Program-made: the position numbers and the translations under genes
Part shown: piece after piece, positions 29,167 through 39,210 of the stretch
Position numbering within the stretch: position 1 is the stretch's first letter
Layout: every line of letters starts with the position of its first letter
Assembly: GCA_965223855.1 (NCBI GenBank)
Contig: CBDCXM010000008.1
Location: 64,001 to 128,000, forward strand
Reading direction: 5' to 3'
Origin: Candidatus Multivoradales bacterium
GTDB lineage: Bacteria; Acidobacteriota; Thermoanaerobaculia; Multivoradales; JAHEKO01
Length of the DNA: 64,000 nt
Notes under the pieces: generated by a model
The model's database searches: none
What the model saw: the letters and a program-made list of their open reading frames with translations, nothing else
What the model was told of the DNA's origin: nothing

Positions 29167-29870
29167 GCCTCGCCCCACTCGACCTTCCGGTCGAAGACAT
29201 CAGCGAAGTGACCTGCGACCCGCCGCGCCAGCTCGGGCAGATCGGGTGCGCTTCCAAGGAGCCGCTCGATCGAGATCATCCGAACGCCCTCGAGGCCGCA
29301 GGCGACGATTCCCTGGTAGTGCTCGAGATCGGTAGAGACGTTGAGCGCAAAGCCGTGGAGCGTCACCCACTTGCGCAGGTGCACCCCGATCGAGGCGATT
29401 TTCGACCCGCCCACCCATACCCCCACCTCGGACCCCGAGCGCCCCTCGGCCTCGATCCCGAACTCGCCGAGGGTGCGAACGAGCACGGACTCGAGGTCGC
29501 CGACATAGCGCCTCACGTCACGCCGATCGGGATTGAGATCGATGATCGGATAGCCGACGAGCTGACCGGGTCCGTGGTAGGTCACCTGGCCGCCGCGACT
29601 ACTCTCGTGAACCTCCACTCCCCGCGTCTCGAGCCAGGCTGCGGGAGCCAGCACGTCGGCGGCGTTGGCGTTGCGCCCGAGCGTGAAGACCGGCTCGTGC
29701 TCGAGCAGGAACAGCGCTTCCCGGTCTTCGCCTGCGAGCACAGCCGCCCGGCGCCTCTCCTGACGCTCTACCATCGGCAGGTAAGGCTGCCTGCCGAGGA
29801 AACCGACCTCGACCGTCCGCGCGGAACCGGCCTCGCGTCGCCAAGCGGAAGCGGGTGCGAATCCGGTCAC
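29163..29870 (-). CDS. lipB: Lipoyl(octanoyl) transferase
   Basis: EHEPVFTLG, RGGQVTYHGPGQ, KIASIG, HGFALN and IVACG. Confidence 0.95.
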   Translation of the reverse strand: MTGFAPASAWRREAGSARTVEVGFLGRQPYLPMVERQERRRAAVLAGEDREALFLLEHEPVFTLGRNANAADVLAPAAWLETRGVEVHESSRGGQVTYHGPGQLVGYPIIDLNPDRRDVRRYVGDLESVLVRTLGEFGIEAEGRSGSEVGVWVGGSKIASIGVHLRKWVTLHGFALNVSTDLEHYQGIVACGLEGVRMISIERLLGSAPDLPELARRVAGHFADVFDRKVEWGEA

Positions 29871-29901
29871 GGTTCACTGGGCTCGACGCACCGCGAGGCG
29901 G

Positions 29902-31275
29902 TCAGAAAGCGTCGAGTTCGCTCCAGCTCTCCTCGAGGAGACTGCGCTTGACATGGTTCATGAAGTGATCGGCATCGGCGCCGTCGACGAGACGATGGTC
30001 GTAGCTGATGCCGAAGTACGACATCGGCTTGATGACGATGGTGTCGTTGCCGTCGGCATCGGTCTCCACCACGGCCCGCTTCTCGATCGTCCCGAGACCG
30101 AGGATGGCGACCTGGGGCTGATTGATGATCGGCGTACCGAACAGCGTGCCGAACACGCCCGGGTTGGTCACCGTGAACGTGCCGCCCTTGAGTTCGTCCG
30201 GCGACAGCTTCTTCGCCCGAGCACGGTCCGCGAGATCGTTGGCGGCCTTCGCCAGACCGACGAGGTTGAGGGAATCGGCGTTGCGAATCACCGGCACCAG
30301 AAGCCCCCAGTCGAGGGCGACCGCCATGCCGATGTTGATGTCCTTCTTGTAGACGATATTCGTTCCGTCGATGGCGGCGTTGAGCTTGGGGTTGGCCTTG
30401 AGCGCTGTCGCCACCGCCTTGAAGATGAAGGGCATGTACGTCAGCTTGGTGCCGTGTTCCCGGAGGAAGCCCGACTTGGCTCTGCTGCGGGCACGATCGA
30501 CCTTGGAGAAGTCCATGTGGAAGAACGTCGTGACGTGAGCGGACGTCGCCTTCGAGTACGTCATGTGAGCTGAGGTGATCTGACGGATCTTCGACATCGG
30601 CTCGATCTCGACCCTCTCGCCCTCGACGTACGGGGGGACGTAGAAGCCCTCGGGCACCGGCCTCGACGGGCTCGCCGGCACGACCTCGGTCTGGCCCCCT
30701 CCCGCCGGCGGGGCGGCAGGTGTCGACGGGGCGGCCGCAGCGGCTCCGGCACCCGCACCCTCCGCGCCCTCGATGTGCGCAAGGATGTCCTTCTTGGTGA
30801 CCCTCCCGTGGACCCCGCTTCCAGCGACCTCGGAGATGTCGACCCCGTGCTCGGCGGCGATCTTGCGGACCACCGGGCTCGAGGCGGTGCGGACCCGCTC
30901 CCCCTCGTCGGCATCGGCCGTGGACTCTGCCCCGGCCGTCTCGGACTCTTCCTCAGCGGCCGCCGCAGAGTCCTCGCTGCCGGCGCCTGCAGGTTCGGAC
31001 TCCGCCGGAGCGGACGGAGCCGACTCGCCCCCTTCACCCGCCTCGCCGATCAGAGCGACGACCTCGTTCACGGCGATCGTGTCGCCCTCGTTTCCCCGAA
31101 CCTCGAGCAGCACGCCCGCGGCCGGGCTCGGAATCTCGGCGTCGACCTTGTCGGTCGAGATCTCGAAGAGCGGCTGATCCCGCTCGACGCTGTCTCCGAC
31201 CTTGACGAGCCAGCGGGTGATCGTCCCCTCGGCGATCGACTCGCCCATCTGCGGCATCAGAACTTCGGTAGACAT
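29902..31275 (-). CDS. 2-oxoacid dehydrogenase E2, dihydrolipoamide acyltransferase (SucB/DlaT-like)
   Basis: Lipoyl domain EISTDKVD, E3-binding domain and DHRLVDG. Confidence 0.92.
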   Translation of the reverse strand: MSTEVLMPQMGESIAEGTITRWLVKVGDSVERDQPLFEISTDKVDAEIPSPAAGVLLEVRGNEGDTIAVNEVVALIGEAGEGGESAPSAPAESEPAGAGSEDSAAAAEEESETAGAESTADADEGERVRTASSPVVRKIAAEHGVDISEVAGSGVHGRVTKKDILAHIEGAEGAGAGAAAAAPSTPAAPPAGGGQTEVVPASPSRPVPEGFYVPPYVEGERVEIEPMSKIRQITSAHMTYSKATSAHVTTFFHMDFSKVDRARSRAKSGFLREHGTKLTYMPFIFKAVATALKANPKLNAAIDGTNIVYKKDINIGMAVALDWGLLVPVIRNADSLNLVGLAKAANDLADRARAKKLSPDELKGGTFTVTNPGVFGTLFGTPIINQPQVAILGLGTIEKRAVVETDADGNDTIVIKPMSYFGISYDHRLVDGADADHFMNHVKRSLLEESWSELDAF

Positions 31276-31317
31276 CGGAATCGGATCCTCTCTGCTCTGC
31301 GATCCCTCGCAGGGCAA

Positions 31318-32715
31318 TCAGAAGTGAATCGCGTGTCCCACGGCGGCGTGTGCCGCCTCCGCCATCGCCTCGGACAGCGTCGGGTGCGCGTGAATGGTGC
31401 GGAACAGTTCCTCGGTCGTCGACTCGAGTTGGAGAGCGACGCAGGCCTCGGCGATCAGATCGGTCGCATGCGCGCCGATGATGTGCACACCGAGAAGCTG
31501 ATCGTAGCGGGTCTCGCGCACGACCTTCACGAACCCCTCGGTCTTGCCGACGATCGACGCCTTCCCGAGAGCGCTCATCGGGAACTTGCCGACCGCGACG
31601 TCGTCGTACTGCTCACGGGCGGCTGCCTCGGTGAGGCCCACGCTGCCCACTTCGGGCTCGCAGTAGGTCACCGACGGGACGCGCCCGTAATCGAGCGGTC
31701 TCGCCTTCTCGCCGGCCATGTGCTCCGCCGCCACGATCCCCTCCGCCGAAGCGACATGGGCGAGCCACGGTGTGGGCACGACGTCGCCGATCGCGTAGAT
31801 GTTGGGTACGGTGGTCTGCAGATACTCGTTGACCGGTACGTAGCCGCGGTCGAGCTCGATCCCGAGCGCCTCGAGGCCGAGACCCGCCGTCACCGGAGCT
31901 CGGCCGACGGCGATCAGCAGGTGAGTCGCCGCCACCGTGTCCTCCATGCCCTCTCCGGTGATGCGCGCCGCGACGCCGCTCGTCGTCGTCTGCACCTCCT
32001 CGAGCTTCACCCCGGTGAGTGCCTTGATCCCACGCTTGCGGAACGCCTTGGCCAGCTCGGCCGAGACGTCCTCGTCCTCGATCGGCAGCAGGCGCGGCAT
32101 CATCTCGACCAGCGTCACCTTGGAGCCGAAGGAGGAGAAGATCGACGCGAACTCGGTTCCGACGGCGCCGGCACCGAGGACGATCAGCGAGTCGGGAACC
32201 TCGGCGATCTGCAGGATGTGATCGGAGTTGAGGATCCTTTCGCCGTCGGCTGGCGCGATCGGAATGTCGCGCGGGACGGAGCCGGTAGCAACGAGGATGT
32301 TCGCCGTCGAGTAGACGGCTTTCTCACCGTCCGCCGACTCGACCTCGACCTCGTTGGCACCGGCGACTCGCCCGACTCCGTGGATCCCGTCGATCTTGTT
32401 CTTCTTGAACAGATACTCGATACCGCGAGCGTTCTTGTCGACGACCTGGTTCTTGTAGTCCTGGGCACCACCGAGATCGAGGCTGGGGTCGGCAACGTCG
32501 ACGCCGAACGAGCCCGCCTTGCGGATGCCGTCCAGCACGCCGGCCGTGTGCAGCAGCGCCTTGGTCGGGATGCATCCACGGTGCAGACAGGTGCCCCCGA
32601 ACTTGGGGTCCTTCTCGACCACTGCCGTCTTGAGGCCGAGTTGCGCAGCACGGATCCCGGCGACATAGCCTCCGGGCCCGCTGCCGATGATGACGAGGTC
32701 GTACTGGTGACTCAT
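31318..32715 (-). CDS. lpdA: Dihydrolipoyl dehydrogenase
   Basis: GSGPGG, GGTCLHRGCIPTK and HPTLSE. Confidence 0.96.
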   Translation of the reverse strand: MSHQYDLVIIGSGPGGYVAGIRAAQLGLKTAVVEKDPKFGGTCLHRGCIPTKALLHTAGVLDGIRKAGSFGVDVADPSLDLGGAQDYKNQVVDKNARGIEYLFKKNKIDGIHGVGRVAGANEVEVESADGEKAVYSTANILVATGSVPRDIPIAPADGERILNSDHILQIAEVPDSLIVLGAGAVGTEFASIFSSFGSKVTLVEMMPRLLPIEDEDVSAELAKAFRKRGIKALTGVKLEEVQTTTSGVAARITGEGMEDTVAATHLLIAVGRAPVTAGLGLEALGIELDRGYVPVNEYLQTTVPNIYAIGDVVPTPWLAHVASAEGIVAAEHMAGEKARPLDYGRVPSVTYCEPEVGSVGLTEAAAREQYDDVAVGKFPMSALGKASIVGKTEGFVKVVRETRYDQLLGVHIIGAHATDLIAEACVALQLESTTEELFRTIHAHPTLSEAMAEAAHAAVGHAIHF

Positions 32716-33584
32716 GAGACTCCTTGCCGCGCCGGCGCCTCGAAGGGGACCGGCTGCGCCTCGTAACGGCCGGGCTTCACCTCGTTCAGGCGGGCGAACG
32801 GAGTGATCGGGTCGTGCTCGAAAATGCAGAGCCACCCCTCCTCGCACGCCTGCGGAAGCCAGCGTTTCTTGTTCTCGATCGTGGTCAGCGGAAACAGGTC
32901 GTAGGCCATGACCCACGGATAGGGCAGGTGATCGGTCGTCGGCACGAGGTCGGCGAGATAGACGCCGCGGCTGTCCTCGCCGCCGTCGAGGAGGACGATA
33001 CACATGTCGCGGTTGTGCCCGGCGGCCTTGACGACCCGCACCCCCTCCATCGGCTCCGCCTCCTCTTCGAAGACCTCGAGCACGCCCGCCTCCGCCAAAG
33101 GCTCCCAGTTGTCCGGGAAGTAGCTCGCCCGGTCTCTCGGGCTCGGAGCCCGAGCGTGCTCGAGCTCGCCCCGCTCGATCCAGTAGCGGGCTCGCGGGAA
33201 GGTCGGCCTCAGCTCCCCGTCGATCAGCCGGGTGTTCCAGCCGCAGTGGTCGAAGTGAAGGTGGGTCAGCACGACGTGGTCGATATCGGCGGGAGTGAGA
33301 TCGAGCGCTGCCAGCGACTCCGGGAGCCTTCTGGCTCCCTCCGGCATGCCGAACTGCTCGCGGAACCTGGCGTCGTGCTTGTCGCCCAGACCGGTGTCGA
33401 TCAACAGCCGCTCGCCGGCAGCTTCGACCAGCAGGCAGTTGGTCGTCATGTCGATCCGGTTCGCTCCGTCCGCGGGGCGCCGTGGCTCCCACAGGACCTT
33501 GGGGACGACCCCGAACATCGCCCCGCCGTCGAGACGAAATCCACCGTCACTGACGACAGCCAGCTCTAGACGACCGAGGCGCAT
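32712..33584 (-). CDS. MBL-fold metallo-hydrolase (YtnP-like)
   Basis: LDGGAMFGVVPK, THLHFDH and MAYDLFP. Confidence 0.9.
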   Translation of the reverse strand: MRLGRLELAVVSDGGFRLDGGAMFGVVPKVLWEPRRPADGANRIDMTTNCLLVEAAGERLLIDTGLGDKHDARFREQFGMPEGARRLPESLAALDLTPADIDHVVLTHLHFDHCGWNTRLIDGELRPTFPRARYWIERGELEHARAPSPRDRASYFPDNWEPLAEAGVLEVFEEEAEPMEGVRVVKAAGHNRDMCIVLLDGGEDSRGVYLADLVPTTDHLPYPWVMAYDLFPLTTIENKKRWLPQACEEGWLCIFEHDPITPFARLNEVKPGRYEAQPVPFEAPARQGVS

Positions 33585-33667
33585 GGGGGCGGGAGTCTAT
33601 CGAATGGGTCGGGCGGAATCGAGACGAGAGGTCGCAGCCGCCGGGTCCGTTGGTAGGATCCGCGCGC

Positions 33668-34798
33668 ATGTCGCAAGCGGCAAGACCAGCCCTCGTGCTG
33701 ACCGGTGGAGGCGCCCGCGCCGCCTATCAGGTCGGATTCCTCCGCTGCCTTGCGCGACGCTCGCCGGACTCCCGCTTTCCGATCGTCACCGGGGTCTCGG
33801 CCGGAGCGATCAACGCCGTCTACCTGGCCTCCCACACCGGGGGCCTCCCGGAGGCCGCCGAGCAGCTGACTCGACTGTGGACCGGCCTCTCCCCGGGCAA
33901 GGTGTTCAAGCTGGACCCATGGGGCCTCGCGATGACCACCCTGCGATGGGGCCTGAGCCTCGTTTCGGGGGGCCGTGGGAGCGATTCGCGCCGTCTCAGA
34001 GGCCTGCTCGACACCGCGCCGCTGCGTGCGATCCTCGAACATGCGCTCGAGGACTCGGAGGGTCGGATCCCGGGGATCGCCGCCAACCTGAGGGACGGGC
34101 AGCTCGAGTCGCTCGCCGTCACTACGCTCAAGTACGCCACCGGGCAGACGGTCACCTGGGTGCAGGGGCGTGAGATCCAGTCGTGGGCTCGCCCCAACAG
34201 GCTCGGCGTCCAGACGAACATCCAGGCCGAGCACATCATGGCGTCGGCCGCACTACCGATCCTGTTCCCGGCCCAGGAGCTCGAGGACGGCTGGTACGGA
34301 GACGGCGGAGTCCGCTTCCTCACCCCGCTCGCACCGGCGATCCATCTCGGCGCCGACCGCGTACTGGCGATCTCGACCCGCTACGACCGCACGCTCGACG
34401 AGGCCTCGGCGCCGGCGGTCGCCGGCTATCCACCGCCGGCGCAGATCCTCGGCACCATGCTCAACGCCGTCTTCCTCGACGCGATCGATCAGGATGCGAT
34501 GAGGCTCGAACGCATCAACCGGCTGCTGGACGGCCGACCCCGCGGCGAGCTGCGGCCGATCGAGTGCCTCATTCTCCGTCCGTCCGTCGATCTCGGCCGA
34601 CTCGCGGCCGAATACGAGGCCGATCTGCCACGCGCCTTTCGCTTCCTCACCCGGGGGCTCGGCACCCATCGCACTTCGAGCCCGGACTTTCTCAGCCTGC
34701 TAATGTTCCAGAGCGATTACCTTCGGCGTCTGATCGAGATCGGCGAATCGGACGCGGACGCTCAGTTCGAGAGCATCCGCGACCTTCTGGGAATGTAG
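33668..34798 (+). CDS. Patatin-like phospholipase
   Basis: GGGAR, GVSAG nucleophile elbow and DGG. Confidence 0.9.
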   Translation: MSQAARPALVLTGGGARAAYQVGFLRCLARRSPDSRFPIVTGVSAGAINAVYLASHTGGLPEAAEQLTRLWTGLSPGKVFKLDPWGLAMTTLRWGLSLVSGGRGSDSRRLRGLLDTAPLRAILEHALEDSEGRIPGIAANLRDGQLESLAVTTLKYATGQTVTWVQGREIQSWARPNRLGVQTNIQAEHIMASAALPILFPAQELEDGWYGDGGVRFLTPLAPAIHLGADRVLAISTRYDRTLDEASAPAVAGYPPPAQILGTMLNAVFLDAIDQDAMRLERINRLLDGRPRGELRPIECLILRPSVDLGRLAAEYEADLPRAFRFLTRGLGTHRTSSPDFLSLLMFQSDYLRRLIEIGESDADAQFESIRDLLGM

Positions 34799-34803
34799 GA
34801 ACC

Positions 34804-37800
34804 TTGTCGAAGCTCAGCCTGCGGGCCGACATCCGCCTCCTGCGCATGGCCATCGAGCGCGGTCTCCTCTCGTGGGAGGACCTCGAAGCCGTGCCGCAAC
34901 CGCAGAGCGACGACGAGATGGAGAGCGCCGTCTGGGGACCCTGGGTGTCGCGCCTGATCGAGTCCGGGCACCTGGACGAGAAGGCGCTCATCGGGCTCGT
35001 CCGGGGTCTCGATCCCGAGGCGGGCAACGCGCCCGCCGTACCCGAGGAGCCAGTGGCGCCGGTCCCGGCCAACTGGGACCGCTACCACATCTTCTCGCAG
35101 CTCGGCGCCGGCGGCATGGGCTCCGTGTTCAAAGCCTTCGACCCCAAGCTGAACCGGTTCGTCGCCCTCAAGTTCCTCCACCGCAGCGACCCGAACCTGA
35201 CGGAGGCGTTTCTCGACGAGGCACGATCCCAGGCGCAGGTCGAGCATCCGCTGATCTGCCAGGTCTACGAGGTCGGCGATGTCGAGGGGCAGCCCTACAT
35301 CGCCATGCGGTTCATCGACGGCAAGCCGCTCCACCGCGCCGCCACCGCCTTTCCACTGGTGACCAAGCTGCGGCTGATCGAACAGGTGGCCGATGCGCTG
35401 CAGGCCGCCCACCAGAAGGGCCTCATTCACCGCGACATCAAGCCCGGCAACATCCTGGTCACCACCAATCAGCGCGGAGCGTTGCGGTGCATCGTCGTCG
35501 ACTTCGGCCTCGCACAGAGCCTCAGCGGACCGGTTCAGGAGGGTGACGAAGTTGCAGGGACTCCCGACTACCTCGCTCCCGAGCAGCTCTCGGGCGGCCA
35601 GGTCGATCGACGGACCGACATCTACAGCCTCGGCGCCGTTCTCTATGAGCTGATCAGCGGCAGGGTGCCCTACAAAGGCAGGAACATAGGCCAGACGCTC
35701 CAGCTCATTACCGCAGGACGGGCGGCTCCGCCGAGCCGGTACGAGCCGTCGATCCCGAAGGAGCTCGACGCCGTCGTCCTCAAGTGCATCTCCCGCGACC
35801 CCGAAGACCGCTACTCCACGGCCGCCGACCTGCTGGCGGATCTGAGGCGCTTTCTACGGGGTGAGCCGATCGCGGCGCACTCGACGCGACTGGCCTACCG
35901 GACTCGCAAGTTCATCGGCCGGCATCGCTGGGTCACCCTCGCCGCCAGTCTCGGCTTGATCGCTCTGGTCGGCCTGGGCGCTTTCGGACTCTTCACTCGG
36001 GCACAGGCGCGACAGCGCGCCGACCTGGCGCGCAGTTTCGGCGAGACCGTGAAGTCGATGGAAGCCTCGACCCGCTACTCGGCGCTGCTACCGCTCCACG
36101 ACACCTCGCGGCAGAGGGCCGAACTCGAACGCCAGATGGCCGAGATCCGGGAAGAGATGGAGCGTCTCGGGCCGCTGGCCGAGGGCCCGGGCAACTACGC
36201 GCTGGGGCGAGGACATCTGGCACGCCACCGCCACGAGCTGGCCAAGCAACACCTCGAGGCGGCCTGGAACGCCGGTTATCAGGGGCCCGAGGTCGCCTCC
36301 GCACTCGGACAGGCGATCGGTCGACTCTACGACCAGGCGGTCTACGCGGGGCCGATGCCCCGCAACACGATGACCGCGCAGTCCACCCGCGAAGAACTGG
36401 CACGGGTATTCCGCGATCCGGCACTCGAGTACCTCCGGGCAGGCACCGAGGACAGCTCGGGGCGCTACGTCCAGGCGTTGATCGCGCTCTACGAGGGCAG
36501 CTACGAAGAAGCCGTCCGACTGGCCGAGAACGCGTTCGCCGACGAGCCATGGTTCTACGAAGCCAAGCGCCTCGTCGGCCGGGTGCGGGAGGCAGAGGGT
36601 GACGAGGCGGCTCACGCCGGCGACTACGACGGTGCTCTCGCCCACTACGACGCCGCCCACTCGATCTACATCGATCTCTCGGACGTCGCCCGCAGTGACG
36701 CCGAGCTTCGGGTCGCCGCCTGCCGCTGCCTCAGCCAGCGCAACGAGGTTCGTCGCCTCCAGGGCGAGCTGGAGCGCGCGGAGGTCGACCTGGCGCTCGA
36801 AGCGTGCCGCGAGGCTCTGACCATCGACGAGGGGATCGCCGAGGCGTTCTCACTGCAATCGAGGATTCTCTGGCGTTGGGCCGACCAGCAGCGTCGTCGC
36901 GGTGCGAGCCCTGTCGCCGACCTCGAGCAGGCGATCGCTCTGGCGCGCCGGGCGATCGAGACCAATCCGCAGAGCAGCGCCGCTCACCAGAACCTGGCGG
37001 CCTCTTATCGGCTCCTCGGAAGCTGGCGGATGGTGCGCGGAGACGACCCGCTGCCCGACCTCGAGCAGGCGATCACGGCGGCCGAAGCGGCCATCAGCCT
37101 GCAGCCGGAAGTCGCGATCGCACACAACAGTCTCGGCAATGCGGCCATCCTCACGTCTCGCCATCTCGCCTCCCGCGGTGAAGACCCGCTCGAGCGGATC
37201 GACCAGGCGATCGCGAGCTACGAACGGGCGATCGAGCTCAATCCGCTCTACGTGCCGGCGCTGCTCAATCTGGGCAACGCCTGGATCAGCCGTACCGATT
37301 GGGAGATCGCTCACGGCATCGACCCGTCCGACTCGATCGACCGCGCGCTCGTGCCGCTTCATCGGGCGGTCGACATCAACCCCAACTATCTGCAGCTTCA
37401 CAACAACCTCGGGAACGCCCACACCACGCGCGCTCTGGCCCGATTCGTCCGCAACGAGCCGCTGGGGAACGAGATCGATCTCGCGGTCGCCAGCTACCGC
37501 AGGGCGCTCGAGATCAACCCAAACTACGCGATCGGCGCCTACAACGTCGCCTATGCCGAGCGGCTCCGCGCCCGCCACCTCCAGCTTTCGGGTGAAGACC
37601 CGACTGAGGCCGAGGAGGAGGCCGAGCGGGCGATCCGCGATGCGATCCGCTTCAACCCCTCGGACCCGGACAACCAGTTCGAGCTCGCCGAGCTCCAGCT
37701 CTTCCGCGCTCACCGGACGCTCTCCGGCGGCGGCGACCCGACCACCGCCTGCCAGGCGGCGCGCACGGCGATCCTCGCGGCGGAGCAGCTCAACGACAGC

Positions 37801-38121
37801 GACGCCCGCATCCCGTTCCTCTCCGCCCGGGTTCGGCGCTACCTCGCCGGCTGGAACCTCCGGCAGGGCCGTCCCGCGGCAGCCGTGGTGGAAGAAGGCA
37901 TCGCGCTCGCGAGGCAGGCGCTCGAGCGCAACCCCGAGTTCCACGAGGCGAACGCCGTGATGGGCGTGCTGCTGGGCCTGCGCGCCGAGCCCCTCTCCGG
38001 GGAGGTGCGCGAGGCGACGCTCCAACGAGCCGAATCGACCCTTCGAGACGCCCTCGCGGCGAGCCCCGGTCTCGAGCGCGAGTACCGCGCCGAGATGGAA
38101 GCGCTCACCGCCGACGGCTAG
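34804..38121 (+). CDS. Membrane Hanks-type Ser/Thr kinase with C-terminal TPR array (start approximate)
   Basis: LGAGGMGSV, VALK, HRDIKPGN, DFG and APE; TM helix followed by many TPRs. Confidence 0.9.
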   Translation: MSKLSLRADIRLLRMAIERGLLSWEDLEAVPQPQSDDEMESAVWGPWVSRLIESGHLDEKALIGLVRGLDPEAGNAPAVPEEPVAPVPANWDRYHIFSQLGAGGMGSVFKAFDPKLNRFVALKFLHRSDPNLTEAFLDEARSQAQVEHPLICQVYEVGDVEGQPYIAMRFIDGKPLHRAATAFPLVTKLRLIEQVADALQAAHQKGLIHRDIKPGNILVTTNQRGALRCIVVDFGLAQSLSGPVQEGDEVAGTPDYLAPEQLSGGQVDRRTDIYSLGAVLYELISGRVPYKGRNIGQTLQLITAGRAAPPSRYEPSIPKELDAVVLKCISRDPEDRYSTAADLLADLRRFLRGEPIAAHSTRLAYRTRKFIGRHRWVTLAASLGLIALVGLGAFGLFTRAQARQRADLARSFGETVKSMEASTRYSALLPLHDTSRQRAELERQMAEIREEMERLGPLAEGPGNYALGRGHLARHRHELAKQHLEAAWNAGYQGPEVASALGQAIGRLYDQAVYAGPMPRNTMTAQSTREELARVFRDPALEYLRAGTEDSSGRYVQALIALYEGSYEEAVRLAENAFADEPWFYEAKRLVGRVREAEGDEAAHAGDYDGALAHYDAAHSIYIDLSDVARSDAELRVAACRCLSQRNEVRRLQGELERAEVDLALEACREALTIDEGIAEAFSLQSRILWRWADQQRRRGASPVADLEQAIALARRAIETNPQSSAAHQNLAASYRLLGSWRMVRGDDPLPDLEQAITAAEAAISLQPEVAIAHNSLGNAAILTSRHLASRGEDPLERIDQAIASYERAIELNPLYVPALLNLGNAWISRTDWEIAHGIDPSDSIDRALVPLHRAVDINPNYLQLHNNLGNAHTTRALARFVRNEPLGNEIDLAVASYRRALEINPNYAIGAYNVAYAERLRARHLQLSGEDPTEAEEEAERAIRDAIRFNPSDPDNQFELAELQLFRAHRTLSGGGDPTTACQAARTAILAAEQLNDSDARIPFLSARVRRYLAGWNLRQGRPAAAVVEEGIALARQALERNPEFHEANAVMGVLLGLRAEPLSGEVREATLQRAESTLRDALAASPGLEREYRAEMEALTADG

Positions 38122-38302
38122 CCCGTTCTTCTCACGCCGTTTCGGCCTGGTAGGTCGTAGGTTGCTGAAGATACAAGGCTTCCGTTCGCGAGCACCACAG
38201 GCATAGCCGTAGCTACGTCGAGGAGCGCAGCGAACGGAGAACGAAGTAGGTTCAGTGACATACGGCCTACCAGGGTGAAGCGGTGTGAGAAGGACGGGCT
38301 AG
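38118..38302 (+). mobile_element. 177-bp palindromic MITE-like / structured-RNA element flanked by CTAG direct repeats
   Basis: CTAG at 38118-38121 and 38299-38302; 53-nt arms 38117-38169 / 38251-38303 are complementary; inner stem 38181-38189 / 38230-38238. Confidence 0.6.
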
Positions 38303-39210
38303 CGCTGGCCGCGCGCCAGCTCCGCCTCGGCCGCGATCGCGCCGAAAGCGGCCCACGCCGGAGCCGCGTGGATCTCACGCCAAAGCCTCCCGGCATCCTC
38401 CTGCCCGCCGGCCAGGAAGTCGTGCATCGAGACGCCGTAGAGAACCGTGGCCGACGCGACGTTGCCCCCTTCCGCCCTGGCGTCACCGACCAGGCTGTCC
38501 CGGGTTCTCTCACCGGCGAAGAGCTGCAGAAGGTGGAGATAGTCGAGATTCTCGAGGAGGTCCGAGTCGGTCGGCAGGTTGTCGAGCAATACGCTCGCCT
38601 CGGCGGAGCGACCCGAGCGGGTGAGGGCCAGATAGAGCCAGTACTCGGCAGCGACCCGCATGTCCTGGTTGGCGGCCAATGCCGAGCAGCTCCGGAACGC
38701 CTCCACAGCGCGCGGGAAGTCGCCCAGGAGGTAGCGCACGAGCCCGAGGTGGTACCAGAGATTGGTCTTCAGCGTACTCGTGGGGACTCCAGCCGCGTTC
38801 GGCAGGCCGTCGGGCTCCACCCGATCCGGCATCCCGGCGATCGTCCTCAGGCCCAGCTCGAAGTCGGCCGCCGCCTCCGGAAGCCGTCGCAAGGTCAGTA
38901 GACGATGCCCCCGATGCCTCAGGAATCGAGCATCCTCGGGGAACGCCTCCCACCCGCGTGTGAAGGTCTCGATCGCCTCGTCGTAGCGAGCCAGATATCC
39001 CTGTCGTCTGCCGACCCAGACCCAGGCGTCGGGATCGTCGGGATCACTTCGACGGGCCTCCTCGGCCTCGGCGAGCCGAGCGCGCTGCTCGTTCTCGAAA
39101 GCCTCGGGGAGCGGTGGCGGCTCGAGCAGCCTGCCGTCGAGGCCGCGCCACTCCCCCGCGACCGCCGCCGAGGCGACGATGGCGATGGCTACGCCCAGCA
39201 GGGCGATCAG
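38299..39210 (-). CDS. Exported TPR protein (probable CTG start overlapping the fbaB stop)
   Basis: Signal peptide [17 protein letters not shown]; TPRs ([23 protein letters not shown]). Confidence 0.75.
   Translation of the reverse strand: MIALLGVAIAIVASAAVAGEWRGLDGRLLEPPPLPEAFENEQRARLAEAEEARRSDPDDPDAWVWVGRRQGYLARYDEAIETFTRGWEAFPEDARFLRHRGHRLLTLRRLPEAAADFELGLRTIAGMPDRVEPDGLPNAAGVPTSTLKTNLWYHLGLVRYLLGDFPRAVEAFRSCSALAANQDMRVAAEYWLYLALTRSGRSAEASVLLDNLPTDSDLLENLDYLHLLQLFAGERTRDSLVGDARAEGGNVASATVLYGVSMHDFLAGGQEDAGRLWREIHAAPAWAAFGAIAAEAELARGQR

Noticed and set aside
38117-38303. Integron attC site interpretation of the palindromic element
   Set aside because: It lacks RYYYAAC/GTTRRRY cores, is longer than typical attC sites, and has no cassette array or intI; the recombinase at the window start is a housekeeping XerD.
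38118-38513. 131-aa minus ORF crossing the palindromic element
   Set aside because: It overlaps the TPR gene out of frame and has no motif; it is probably incidental.
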